Origin: Dictyostelium discoideum
Taxonomy: Eukaryota
DNA: 64,000 nt
Reading direction: 5' to 3'
Assembly: GCA_000004695.1 (NCBI GenBank)
Contig: CM000150.2
Coordinates: 3,264,001 to 3,328,000, forward strand
Part shown: positions 23,288 through 37,230 of the stretch, one piece after another
Layout: every line of letters starts with the position of its first letter
Position numbering within the stretch: position 1 is the first letter of the stretch
Translations under genes and position numbers: made by a program
The notes under the pieces: generated by a model
Database searches by the model: none
The model's input: only the letters and a program-made list of their open reading frames with translations
What the model was told of the DNA's origin: nothing

Positions 23288-25147
23288 ATGGTTATAATGG
23301 ATCATAATACCAATATATCAGGGTCTCCAACATCTTCCCAGGTACTTTCTAATGGAATTCAATCAATTCAAAGTGGGATTTCAAATAGAGTTCAATCTAT
23401 TCAATCTCTGCCGCCACAAATGTATATATTAAAAGAAAGAATTGTAAATAAAAATAATTATCATATAATGGATAGTAATAATAATAATAATAATGTAAAT
23501 AGTAGTAATAATAGTAATAATAATAATGTTGGATTAAAGGACTATGGAGAAGGCGGAATTTATAGTTTCGAAGATGATAGTCATAGATCTGCCTCTCCAT
23601 CAAGATTAAGATCACTCTCTGCTCCTGGTTCAACAAGTACAACAACTGCACCAGCAACATGTACAGGTACAAAGAATCAACGTGAACTATTTCAACAATC
23701 AATTGATTCATTAGCTTCAAAATATAATAATGGTAATAACAATAATTTAAACAACAATAATAATAATAATAATATAAATAATAATAATATAAATAATAAT
23801 AATAATAATAATAATAATATAAATAATAATAATAATAAAGATATAAATAGTAATAATAAATCATCATTAAAAAATAGTGGTGGTAGTGGTAGTTGTGGTA
23901 GTGATAGTGAACAATTAAATTGTAGAATTAGAGATTCAACTGATGAAATGTATGAAAGTGAAGAACTTGCAAATATTGATGACGAAATGATTAGAATGAG
24001 ATCTTTATCACTAACATCATTTGAAACATTTAAAAAGATTGAAAGAGAAAAGAATATTTACTCTCCATCTTCCACTAGAGATGATGATGTTTTATCACCA
24101 TATGAAATGATGTCACATTTGGAGTATCAAGAAAGATTAGAAAGAGAAGAAATGGAAAGAATGGACAAGAATAATGTTATCATATCACAATCATCAAGCG
24201 ATGGTTATACTGGTAATCAAGTTCAATGTGAATCAACATTAACATCGTCATCTTCAATAAAATCATCATTATCATCATCTTCCTCACTTAATATTAGTAC
24301 TTCAATTCCAAGAATTAGTGTATCATCTTCAAATTCTTTCTCTGGTTCACCTTCAACTTGTTCGATTTCTCCACCAAAATCATCATCATCTTCTTCAAAG
24401 TCAAAAAATAGTTTAACTGGTAGTTTAAATGGTACAAGTGTATTAATTCAACAACAACAACAACAAAACCATGGTGGTGGTAATAATAGTCCAATTACAA
24501 GTATTACCAATTCACCATCAACTCGTTCTTCACCATTATTCAAAAGGTCATTAACTTCAAATACTACACTTTCAAAATCATCTACTAAATTACCATCTGT
24601 TGAAAAGGAACAACAGCCAACTCAACAAGCACCTTTATCACCACAAGTGCAACAACAAGCTCAACAATTACCACCACAAGTTCATGCTCAATTACAAGCT
24701 CAAATTCAACAACAACAACAACAAAATATTCCAAAAAAAGTACAACCACTTGTAAAATCATTATCTTCACAAACTATTTTAAAGGAACAACAAAATAAGA
24801 AACAACCAATTGCAGCCGTTGCCTCGCCATCAACAACTTCTTCATCATTAGCACAAAATAGACCATCAACTCCAATTCAAATGTCATCATCACCAAATTT
24901 AAATCCATTAAAAAAGTTAACAAATAAACTTTCATTATCAACTCATTCATTACCACAATCACCTCCACCACAAACATCATCGAATACACCAACTTTGACA
25001 CCAAAAAATAAACTTGTCAAATGTCCATCTGGTAATTCAATTTTACCAAATAAAAAATCAATTTCTCAATCACAACAATCTCAACCTGTAAATAATTCAT
25101 TTCAATTGGAATTAAAACAACATTTGAAATTGAAAAAAGAACAAAAT

Positions 25148-25184
<37 letters not shown>

Positions 25185-25621
25185 TAGAAAATAATAATAA
25201 TAATAATAATATTATTGAAAATATTAATAATAATAATACTTTAAGTAGAAAAGAAAGATATGAATTAAAGAAACAAAATATTCCAAAACCAATGGATGAA
25301 CCAAAAGGATCATCAGTAGTTGAATCAATTGTTAAAATTACATTTCAATTTCCATCCACTGGTAAAAAAGTTAATAGATATTTTAATGCAGATTGTAAAG
25401 TTGAAGAATTAAAAAATTATATTGAATGGTTTGCATACCAAGAACCTCAATTATTCGATTCATCATTTAAATTATCTGATGATTCTCATTTAAAAATTGT
25501 AGATTATAATATTGAATATACAATTTTACCAACAAAATTTGTAATTTCAAATTTTGATGTTACATTTAAAGATTCTGGTTTCGTTCCAAAATCAAATATA
25601 ATTAATATTTCACTTGTATAA
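23288..25621 (+). CDS. UBX-domain protein (777 aa) with long Ser/Asn/Gln-rich low-complexity N-terminal region
   Basis: Single ORF from ATG 23288; C-terminal ~80 aa 'VVESIVKITFQFPSTGKKVNRYFNADCKVEELKNYIEWFAYQEPQLFDSSFKLSDD…' has the UBX beta-grasp pattern (hydrophobic-x-I/V-x-F/R-x-P-x-G-x(3)-R-x-F). Confidence 0.6.
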
Positions 25622-25698
25622 TAAATAATAATAATAATAATAAAACCAAAATAATAAAATAAAATTAAAATTAAAATTAAAAATAAATCGTCTTTTCT

Positions 25699-27350
<1,652 letters not shown>

Positions 27351-27491
27351 CTGTCGGTTTTTTTTTTTTTTATTTTTAATCAAAAAAAAAAAAAAATAAA
27401 AAAATTAAAAATATTAAAAAAAACACCCACTATTGGATTTTCACAAGATATTACTTTTTTTTTTTTTTTTTTTTTTATTTTTCTAAAATTA

Positions 27492-28844
27492 ATGGATTAT
27501 TACCAAAGTGAATTAATCAAACTATTTCAAAAGAGTAATGAAATTTATAAAGATAATAATTTTGAAACTAAATTAAATGAAAAGAATTATAAATTTTTAT
27601 TAGTTTATTTAAATTCAATACATTCAATATTAAAAATTGATATGAAATTAAACATTTATCAATATATCAATATCGAATTTAAAGAATTAATTTTAATATC
27701 AAAAGAATTAATGAAAATTGTATTTGATATAATTCATTCTGGAACATGGAATAATATTGATATTCTATTTAAAGATTTATTTGCATATTCTTCAATTCTA
27801 TATATTTACTCCTTTTTTTTAATTCAATTTAAAAATATAAAAGTTGATAATAATAATAATAATAATATTAATATTAATATCCCAAACCCTATAAAGAAAA
27901 TAATTTTAAAAAAATTAGATTTAGCATTAATATTTGGTGATAAATTATTTAATCAAGTTATAAATCAAATTATTAATTTAATATCAAATAATAATAATAA
28001 TAATAATAATAATTTTTTAAATAATTTTAAAAATGAAAATTATAATAATAATAATGAAAATGAAATAATATTAAATAAAGAAAAACTAATTAAAAGGATT
28101 AGTAGACCACCAAGTTTAAATGAATTTAAAAATGAATATATGATAAAAGGAAATCCATGTGTTATTGAAAATTTAATGAAAGAATGGCCATGTTTTAATG
28201 AAAGAAATTGGAGTGATTTAAATTATTTAAAAAATGTTGCTGGATCAAGACTGGTTCCAATTGAAATTGGTCCAAATTATTTACATGAAAAAATGAAACA
28301 AAAATTAATAAATTTCAATAAATTTATTGATGAATATATAATTTCGAAAAATAGTGATGATGATAATGATGATATTGGTTATTTAGCTCAAACAAAACTA
28401 TTTGAACAAATTCCTCAATTAAGAAATGATATTTTAATACCAGAATATTGTAAAATTAAAATTGGATGTGGTGATGATGATAATGATAATAATAAAGAAG
28501 ATAATGTTGAAATTAATGCTTGGTTAGGTCCAAAAGGAACAGTGACTCCACTTCATTATGATCCAAAACATAATTTTCTTTGTCAAATTGTTGGTAGGAA
28601 ATATATTAAACTATTCTCACCAAAGGAATCAAATAATTTATATCCTCATTTAAACTCAAAATTATTTTTTAATACTAGTATGGTTGATGTTGAAAATCCA
28701 GATCATTCAAAATTTCCATTATTTAAAAATTGTGATTATATTGAATTAATTTTAAATGCTGGTGAAATTCTTTATATTCCACCCACATATTGGCATTTTG
28801 TTAAATCTTTAAGCCAAAGTTTTTCAGTAAGTTTTTGGTGGTAA
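27492..28844 (+). CDS. JmjC-domain protein, JMJD5/KDM8 orthologue (450 aa)
   Basis: C-terminal half near-collinear with JMJD5: 'GYLAQTKLFEQIPQLRNDILIPEYC', 'INAWLGPKGTVTPLHYDPKHNFLCQIVGRKYIKLFSP', 'VDVENPDHSKFPLFKNCDYIELILNAGEILYIPPTYWHFVKSLSQSFSVSFWW'; ATG 27492 (ORF-track start at 27333 lies in oligo-T flank). Confidence 0.85.
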   Translation: MDYYQSELIKLFQKSNEIYKDNNFETKLNEKNYKFLLVYLNSIHSILKIDMKLNIYQYINIEFKELILISKELMKIVFDIIHSGTWNNIDILFKDLFAYSSILYIYSFFLIQFKNIKVDNNNNNNININIPNPIKKIILKKLDLALIFGDKLFNQVINQIINLISNNNNNNNNNFLNNFKNENYNNNNENEIILNKEKLIKRISRPPSLNEFKNEYMIKGNPCVIENLMKEWPCFNERNWSDLNYLKNVAGSRLVPIEIGPNYLHEKMKQKLINFNKFIDEYIISKNSDDDNDDIGYLAQTKLFEQIPQLRNDILIPEYCKIKIGCGDDDNDNNKEDNVEINAWLGPKGTVTPLHYDPKHNFLCQIVGRKYIKLFSPKESNNLYPHLNSKLFFNTSMVDVENPDHSKFPLFKNCDYIELILNAGEILYIPPTYWHFVKSLSQSFSVSFWW

Positions 28845-29314
28845 TTTTTTTTTTTTTTTATTTTTTTTTTTTTTTTTATTTACCAGATCAGCAAATTTTA
28901 TAATTTAAAAAAATAAAAAAAAAAGATATTCCCCTAATTTTTCAAAAGACTTTTTTTATATTTAATTTTTTTTTTTTTTTTTTTTTTAAAAGTCAACGAT
29001 TAAGCATGACAACGCCCAAAATTTTACATTTTTTTTTAATATTTTTTTTTTTATATTTTTTTTTTTTATTTTTTTGTCGTTTATTAATAAAAAAAAAGTT
29101 TAGGCGATTGTTATCTCAAAAAAAAAAAAATAATAAAAAAAATAAAAATACCAATAAAATTTTATTTTGTAATCTCAAAAAATAAAAAACTAAAATTGTT
29201 TATATATTAACCTATACTCACATATATATATATATATTTGCACATATACCAACAATATAAACGTTAAAATTTATTTTTATTAGAAAAAGGATAAATAAGA
29301 AAAAAAAAAAAAAA

Positions 29315-32300
29315 ATGGTAAACTATTTCAACTTATTAGATGAATCAGATGAAGAAGAAACAAATACAACTGTTAAAAAAGATTTAACAGTAGAAACAAC
29401 AGCACCAACAACAACAGCAGTTATTGAAAAAGAAAATAAAGTAAACAACAAAGTTGAAACTAGTACAGCAGCAACATCCGCTTCTTCTTCAACAACAGGA
29501 GGTATTTATGTACCACCACTTAGAACAAGTTCAGAGGCAACAAATAAAGCACCACCTTCACAACATATTGAAATTCAATTTGATGTAAACAAATTTAATT
29601 CAGAAGAAACATTACCAGAGAATTGGATTCTTTGGTACGACACAAAAAAGAATTCCCCACAAGAAGGAGAAAATAATGAATATCTTCAAAATGTTGAAAA
29701 AATTGGTTCTTTTAATTCTTTAAAGGTAATTTATTTTTTTTTTAATTTTATTAATTTTTGCTTATACTAATTATTTACTTTTTTTTTTTTTTCTCTCCTC
29801 TGTCCTTTCTCGTAGCAATTCAAAAATATGTGGGAAAGTTTAAAAACACCATTAGATGTAATTGGTAATATAAGTATTTTCAAAGAAGGTATTGAACCAG
29901 CTTGGGAAGATCCAAAAAATAAAGATGGTGGTAAAATTGTAAGTTCAAAAAATAAAAAAAAAAAAAAAAAAAAAATCGCTAACTTTTTTTCTCTTCTTTA
30001 ATATTACAACTATTATAGACTATAAATTATCTTAAAGATAATGGCGACTTCAATTTTTTATTAAATGCATGGTTCACTTTATTCACAACAATTGTTTTTA
30101 GCACATTCGAAAATTATGAACAATCAGTATGTAACATATTTCTAATCTCACCCTACCCCCTCCCTTTCTTCATCTCTTTTCTACCTTTTACACCACTCAT
30201 TTCCTTCCTTTCCTACTATCCCCTTTTTTATTTTTTTATTTTCAAATATTAATAAAAACTTTTTTTTTTATTTTTTTTTATTTTTTTTTATTTTATATAT
30301 TTATTAATTTCAAAAAAAAAAGAATGGTATTGTTTTATCAATTAGAAGTTGGGGTGCAAGTATTCATTTATGGAATAATAGTTCAGAGAATGATAAAGTT
30401 CAATCAATTAGAGATGTATTCCAAAATATATTATTTGTTAAATATTCAAAGTTTTCACCACATAAAACAGCACTCGATATGAATAAGAATAAAGATCCAA
30501 ATACTAAACAAATAAATAAGAATAAGAAAAGAGATGAACATGGATTCACAATTAAACCAGTCAATACACTATTATCAGTACATCCAACTTTTTCAGGTGC
30601 ATATGAAAAGCAATGGGTATTACCAGAGAATAATAAACCAGATAAATCATTAAATATTATTAACACAAATACTAAACCAAAGAAATCTTCACCATATACT
30701 GTAAACACTGAAGAAAGAAAAGAATCACCTGATATAATAAATGATTCAAATAATATAATAAATAATAACAATAATAATAATAATAACAATAGCAACAATA
30801 ATGAAAATAATAATAATTCAGATAATATAGAAAATGAACAATCTGAACCAATTCCTGAAATTCCATCTGGTGTTAATGCATGGTCAACTGGTATTTTATT
30901 AGGTCAACCAAAAGTTGAAGAATCTCAAAAACAACTCGATGAACAACCATTAGTTGTAAAAGAAGACGAAAAAGAAAATGAAAAAGAAAAAGAAAAAGAA
31001 AAAGAAAAAGAAAAAGAAAAAGAAAAAGAAAAAGAAAAAATTATTGAAAAGAAAGAATCAAAATCAGCTTATTCAAATGCATGGGGTAATAGTAAAATTG
31101 AACAACCAACAACCACACCATCCAATAATAATAATAATAATACCACTAAATCATCAAATACACCAACTCCAATGATTAATACAAATATTGAAATTCCAAC
31201 TGGCGCAAATGCATGGGCAACTGGTAAATTATTAGTTAAACAAGAGGTTGTTGAAGATAAACAATCATTAAATAATGTTGATGGTGCTGCTGTAGCTGCT
31301 TCCACCACCACTATTACTCCTCCACCAGTCGTCACAACTGAAAATAAAGAAAAGAAAGGAAAAACAGAAAAGAAAGAAAAAGAAAATAAAGCACCAACTG
31401 TAGTAATCACAGAAAAGAAAGATTCTTCTCAATCACAAGAAAAACCAATTAAGAGAGTAAGTTCAAAAGAAGTTTTACAAGAAAAACCAATAAAAAGAGT
31501 AAATTCAAAAGAAGTATTACAATCACAACCAACTGAATCATTCTGGGAAGAACCAACACCAATTACTGTTGTTCAACAAACTCAAGTACCAACTAAAGTA
31601 CCAAAGAAAACTATTGAACCAACCCCAACTCCAACACCAACTCCAACCCCAACTCCAACCCCAACTCCAACTCAAACAACAGCTTCAACCTCAACACCAA
31701 CTCAAGTTGATACCTTTTCTAAAGTTGTAAAGAAAGATAAATCATACAAACAAACCAAAACAACAGTTTCATCATGGGGTAGTCCAACTAGTATCGCTGA
31801 TTTAATCGCTTCTCAACCTGAACCAACAACAGTTATTGTTGCTCCAGTTGCAACTGAAGTTACAATTCCAACTCCAACTGCTGCACCTATCTCCACCAAC
31901 ACAGCAACTACTGTCACCACCACCACTACTACCACCTCCCCTACCAATACAACAGCCATTACCCCTACTGCCACTGTTGTAGCAACAGTTGAAAGTGAAG
32001 TTAAATCTGGTGTATTATCAATTAAAGAGAATAAAAAAGTAGAAACTATATCAAGCGTAAATGTCCAAACAAAAGTTGAAAAAGATGAATGGATTTCAAT
32101 TGAAAAGAAACCAAAGACAGCTAAACAATTAGTTGATAAGAAAGAAAAAGATGAAACATCACCATCACTCCTAAACAAAGGTCCAAAAGATAATTTATTA
32201 ATTAGAAATTTATTAGTTGAAGAACCATTAGATTACCCATCACCAATAAAACCATCACAACCAATTAAAAATATTACTAAAGAAGTTAAAAAAGATATTC

Positions 32301-32614
32301 AACCAAAAGAAAATAAAAAAGAAAATCAATTAAAAGAAAATAAAAAAGAAAATAATAATAATAACAACAATAATAACACTAATAATATATCAAAAGAAAA
32401 TAATACTAAGAAGGTTTCAAAATCATCTACTTCAAATACATTAAAAAATAATAATGATAATATAGTCAATTCAACAAATAAACAAACCAACAAATCAACC
32501 ACCACCACATCCGAAAAAGATCTTTCTATAATCTCATCATCTTTAATAATGAATTTAGTTGCTGTAGTTTCAGTTTTAGTTTTAGGTTTTATTCTTAAAT
32601 ATTTATTTGTTTAA
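29315..32614 (+). CDS. eIF4E-family cap-binding protein domain (exons 29315..29725, 29816..29938, 30019..30126) continuing, apparently in frame (exon 30323..32614), into a ~750-aa Ser/Thr/Pro/Lys-rich disordered region that ends in a predicted transmembrane tail anchor
   Basis: eIF4E motifs: 'ENWILWYD', 'FKEGIEPAWEDPKNKDGGKI', 'LLNAWFTLFTTIVFSTFENY', 'NGIVLSIRSWGASIHLWNNS'; donors GTAATT 29726, GTAAGT 29939, GTATGT 30127; acceptors ...cgtag 29815, tattatag 30018, (a)nag 30322; no in-frame stop or obvious donor between the end of the eIF4E fold (~30470) and ORF 30479..32614; C-terminus LIMNLVAVVSVLVLGFILKYLFV*. Confidence 0.7.
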
Positions 32615-33166
32615 ACATATATTAGTTAAATAAAATAAAATATTTTAATTAAAATAAATTAAAAATAAAGAAAAAAAAAAAAGTATTAAAATTAGAAATA
32701 AATAAACTAAACAAAAACAAAATTTTATTAAAAAAAAAAAATATATATATATAAATTCCCCAATCATATGATTTTTCTAAATTTACAAATTCATTTACTA
32801 TTTGATAAATAGTAATATATTAAATTAAATTTTTACAAAAACAAAAAAATTTTTTTTTTTTTTCTTTTCTAAACACAATAATTTAATATTATATAAAATC
32901 AAATAAAAAAAATTATTAATTAATTTTACACCTTAATTCCTTGATAGGGATAAAGGTGTAAAATAAAAAAAAAAAAAAAAAAAAAAAACATAGTATTAAA
33001 TTACAACACGCACCTTTTTTCCCCAACTATTATTACAACAAAATTAAAAATAAGTAAAATTAAATTACAAATTAATAATCATTTTTTTTTTTTTTTTTAT
33101 GTGTTCGGTCAAATATTATAACTTGTATAATATTTAACAATTTTAAAAGTACATTTTTTATTTTTT

Positions 33167-33200
<34 letters not shown>

Positions 33201-33320
33201 GTTTACATAGGATTATTAATTTGAGTTAAATAAATATTACTTAAATAATATTATTTACAGTGGTCGCTTTTTTTTTTTTTTTTCTCGAATATTTAATAAA
33301 GTTTGTTAATGATTTTCGAT

Positions 33321-33636
33321 TTAACAAGTTGTTGGGATTCCATCTGGGTATTGAAGTACATATCCTTTTGTTGGGAAACTAGTAGAATCGAAATATCCTG
33401 GTGGTAATCTAGAAATTTTATTAATTCCATTGTTTGAATTAAAACTATTTGAATTAAATATGTTTTTATTATCGATATTTGATTTATTAAAATTATAGAT
33501 TGATTTTAAAGATGCTAAAATAAAGGAAAAAAAAAAAAATAGTAATTAGTATTAAGTAAAATTATTATACAGATTTTTCAAAAATAAAAAAAAAAAAAAA
33601 AAAAAAGTTTAATTAAATCTTACCAAAAATTGCCAT
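33321..33636 (-). CDS. Putative small protein (~68 aa), 2 exons (33624..33636, 33321..33514); speculative
   Basis: ATGGCAATTTTTG|gtaaga … ttattttag|CATC…; MAIFASLKSIYNFNKSNIDNKNIFNSNSFNSNNGINKISRLPPGYFDSTSFPTKGYVLQYPDGIPTTC*; same 13-nt first-exon architecture as gene 35624..36197. Confidence 0.3.
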
Positions 33637-33765
33637 TTTATTAATTATAATTTTATAGTTTTTTTAAAAAAATATTTTATCTTTTATTTTATTATTATTA
33701 TTTTATTTTGTTTTAATGATCATTGTATTGAAAAAAATAAACTTTAAATAGTTGATTGTTTATGA

Positions 33766-33806
<41 letters not shown>

Positions 33807-34041
33807 AATAAAATAAAAATAAAATAAAAAAAATTAATATATAAATAAATTATATTTATTTGTTATACATAACTTCTTTAGGGTTAAATTCATTATTATT
33901 ATTATTATTTTTATTATTAACATTAATATTATTTGATTTATGATTTGAACTTGTACAAACAACTTTCCTTTTTTAATAATTAACATTAACACAACCCCTT
34001 AAACACACCAACCCCCAAAACATAACACCAACACCACACAT

Positions 34042-34051
<10 letters not shown>

Positions 34052-34096
<45 letters not shown>
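34052..34096. repeat. (CA)n dinucleotide microsatellite embedded in CA-rich tract 34000..34100
   Basis: 'tacacacacacacacacacacacacacacacacacacacacacacac'. Confidence 0.9.
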
Positions 34097-34097
<1 letters not shown>

Positions 34098-35497
34098 ATT
34101 TTAAATATATATATTTTTAAAATATATTTTATATTGTATTTAATATGTTTATATATATATTTTATTTTTTTTAAATATAATATTTATACCAATACACTTC
34201 ATACATTAACAACCCACAAAAAAAAACACACACATACATACATAAAAAAATATCTCACCAACAAACACATTCTCTCTTTTCACCAAAAAAAAAAAAACAA
34301 ATACATGTAAAATAACAAATCTTAAATTATCGTTTAAAAATTATTATTATTATTATTAATTTTATTATATTTTTTTTTTTTTTTCACCGCAATATGATAG
34401 TGGGTGATATCATTCATACTTTTTCAAACATTAAAGAGGTAGATTTAAATTATATTTGTAAGGCAAAATAACAAAAAAAAAAAAAAAGAATTATTTTGAT
34501 AATAGTTATAATAAAGCCAGTGGGGGGAGAGTGGGTGTGGTTTTTTTTTGTTATTATATGCTTGAATAACAAATTATAGAACAACCTCAAAAAACATTAT
34601 GTGAACAACAACAAATAAAAGAAATTTAAAATAAACTCCATAAAAATATCGATTTAAAATCATTTTATCCATTTTTTTTTAAAAAAAAATTGTTTTTATG
34701 GTAAAAAAAAAAAATAAACACCTCATTAAACTCCCAATTATTTCAAATAAAATATCAAAAATGAAAATTACATTAAAATTAACATTGATTTTAAATATTT
34801 TCATATTGTTATTGTCATTTTGTAAGACTTTTAATTTTTTTGTTTTAATTATTTTTGTTTTGGTTTTGGTTTTTTTTTTTTTTTTTTTTTTATTATTATA
34901 ATTTAGTTTACAATTTTGAAAATATCTTTTTTTTTTTCTTTTTTTTTTTATTTTAAAGTCTTATAAAATGAAATTACAAATTTATAGTTTGTAAATTGAA
35001 TTTTTTTAAACTAATTAATATTTTTTCCCCAAGTTTGGTTTAAAATTCAATGAAATTTGATTATTAGATATTTCTCGTCATCTATCATTTTTTTTTTTTT
35101 TAAAATATTTTTTTTTTTTTTCAGATTAGTTTTTTTTTTTAAAACAAAAAATCAATTTTTTTTTTTATTAAAAATAAACATTAAAATATAACCTAATAAT
35201 CTCTTAAATCTTATTTTATTTTATGATACACCATAAAAGATTTTTTTTTTGTCTAATAAAAATCAAAATATAAGAGCAAGGAAAAAGATTTTAATGGTAT
35301 TAATAATTACTTTTTATGATAATTTAACAATTTTAATTTCTTTTGGAAATTAAAAATATTAATTTCTTTACTTTTTTTTTTTTTTTTTTTTTTTTAAAAA
35401 ATAAAAAAATTAATATGATAAGATTTTTATTTTTAAAAGATTTTAAAAGATTTTTGGGTAATTTATTTATTTATTATTAAAAATTGTTTTTTTTCTA

Positions 35498-35557
<60 letters not shown>

Positions 35558-35623
35558 ATATAGATTTTTAATTTTTTATTATTATATTGTTTTTTTATTA
35601 TTATTTTTTTATTTATGCTTTTT

Positions 35624-36197
35624 TTACCACCATGGTTTATCTTTTTTAAATTTAGATAATTCATCAGTTTCGAATAAATAATATGGACGTCCTGGTATCT
35701 TTTGGTTGTATGTCCAATCATTTGTAAACATATCATAATTTTTTTTATATTTTTCACTATTACATTTTTCCATATTACTAATTGTTTCATTATTTTTAAT
35801 TATATTATTTGATTCATCTGATATTGAGTTATGATTAAAATTACTATTTGATGTCGATGCATCGTCATTTGCACAGCCAACATTGTCATCACTTTCAGTT
35901 ATATTTTTTAAATTAATTTCTATTATAGAGTCATCATTTTTTAAATCTATAGATTTATGTTCAACTATATAAAATTAATATCAAAATAAAATCAAATTAT
36001 ATTAATTAATTATCGATCAAATATAATAATAAAATAGATAAAATCGATAAAAATGTAAAACATAAAAAAATAATTATTATTATAAATTATTATTATTATT
36101 TAAAAAATTGATTAAGATTAAAAACAATATTTTTTTTTTTTTTTTTTTTTAGATTTGATATTGTGCGATTTAAAATTAACTTACTAATAATTGTCAT
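35624..36197 (-). CDS. Putative small acidic protein (~117 aa), 2 exons (36185..36197, 35624..35964)
   Basis: ATGACAATTATTA|gtaagt … tatatag|TTGAACAT…; MTIIIEHKSIDLKNDDSIIEINLKNITESDDNVGCANDDASTSNSNFNHNSISDESNNIIKNNETISNMEKCNSEKYKKNYDMFTNDWTYNQKIPGRPYYLFETDELSKFKKDKPWW*; ORF-track ORF 35554..35790 is a different (rejected) frame. Confidence 0.4.
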
Positions 36198-36485
36198 TTT
36201 TTTTTTTTTTTTTTTTTTCCCTTATTATTATTTATTTAAAATTTACTTTATATTAAAAAATGTTAAAATTACTAAAATATTTTTTAATTAATTAAAAAAT
36301 TAAGAATTAAAAAATATAATTAAAAAATAATTAAAAATTATATAAAAAAAAAAAAAAAAAAAAATTTAATAACTAAAAAATATTAAAAAAAAACAATTAA
36401 AAAAATAAATAAAAAAAAACAAATTATAATATATTTAAAATACTATTTTTATTTATGAATATATATATTTATTTTTTAAATTATT

Positions 36486-36562
36486 TTGTCACTCCCACAC
36501 AAAAAATTCACACACTCACCTTTTATTTGTACATTTCACCCACTCCCACACACAAAAATTTT
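36486..36562. promoter_or_regulatory. CA-rich element pair resembling Dictyostelium G-box/CAE (GBF-type) sites, ~300 bp upstream of minus-strand gene starting 36197
   Basis: 'gtcactcccacacaaaaaattcacacactcacc' and 'cacccactcccacacacaaaaa' — strikingly non-AT islands in AT-rich spacer; functional assignment is inference. Confidence 0.3.
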
Positions 36563-37230
36563 CTTTTTATTGCTGGTGGATTGTAAAAAATTGAAAAATA
36601 ACCATACTCATGATAGTAGGTGTGTTTCAACATTACTTTTTCTCATTAAATATTGTGTGTGTTTAATGATTAATCATACAATAGATTCGAATTTAACACC
36701 CTCTGGTTATTTTTTTTATTTTTTTTTATTTTTTTTTTTTTTTTATATAATTATATTTTTTGACTTTATTAATAAAAAAAAATAAATGGGATGGTGTTAT
36801 ATTTTTTTTTGGTAATTTTTTTCTATATTTAATATTATTATTTTTTTTATTTAAAAATATTATTTTCCTTTTTTATTTTATTGAGACCAAAATTAGAACC
36901 ACCGTTTTTAATTGATGTTCCCAATCTTGGTTAATATATTATATATATAAATAAATATATATAAAAATTAAACTAGATACTCAATACTTTTATGAGATAT
37001 ATCAGTTAACCTATTTATTTCAAACTCCCCATTCCATGAAATTTTAAATATAAATAATAACAATAATTTATTTTACAACTGTTTTTTTTCTTTTATTTTT
37101 TTTCTTTTTATTTTTTTTTTTATAATTGATATTTTTTTACAACAATTATTATAAGAATGGTTTTAAGAATGGTTTTTTATTTTTATTTTTATTTTTATTT
37201 TTATTTATTATTATTATTATTTTTTTTTTT

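Noticed and set aside
30479-32614. Treating ORF 30479..32614 as an independent gene starting at its first ATG
   Set aside because: The open frame extends upstream without a stop to the acceptor at 30322 and is in phase with the eIF4E exons. Independent-gene status cannot be excluded but is less parsimonious. It is kept as an alternative in the findings.
35554-35790. ORF-track minus ORF MKQLVIWKNVIVKNIKK…
   Set aside because: It is in the wrong frame relative to the spliced 2-exon model (35624..36197), which has a proper ATG, donor and acceptor and ends at an in-frame TAA. The track ORF reads through K/I-rich junk.
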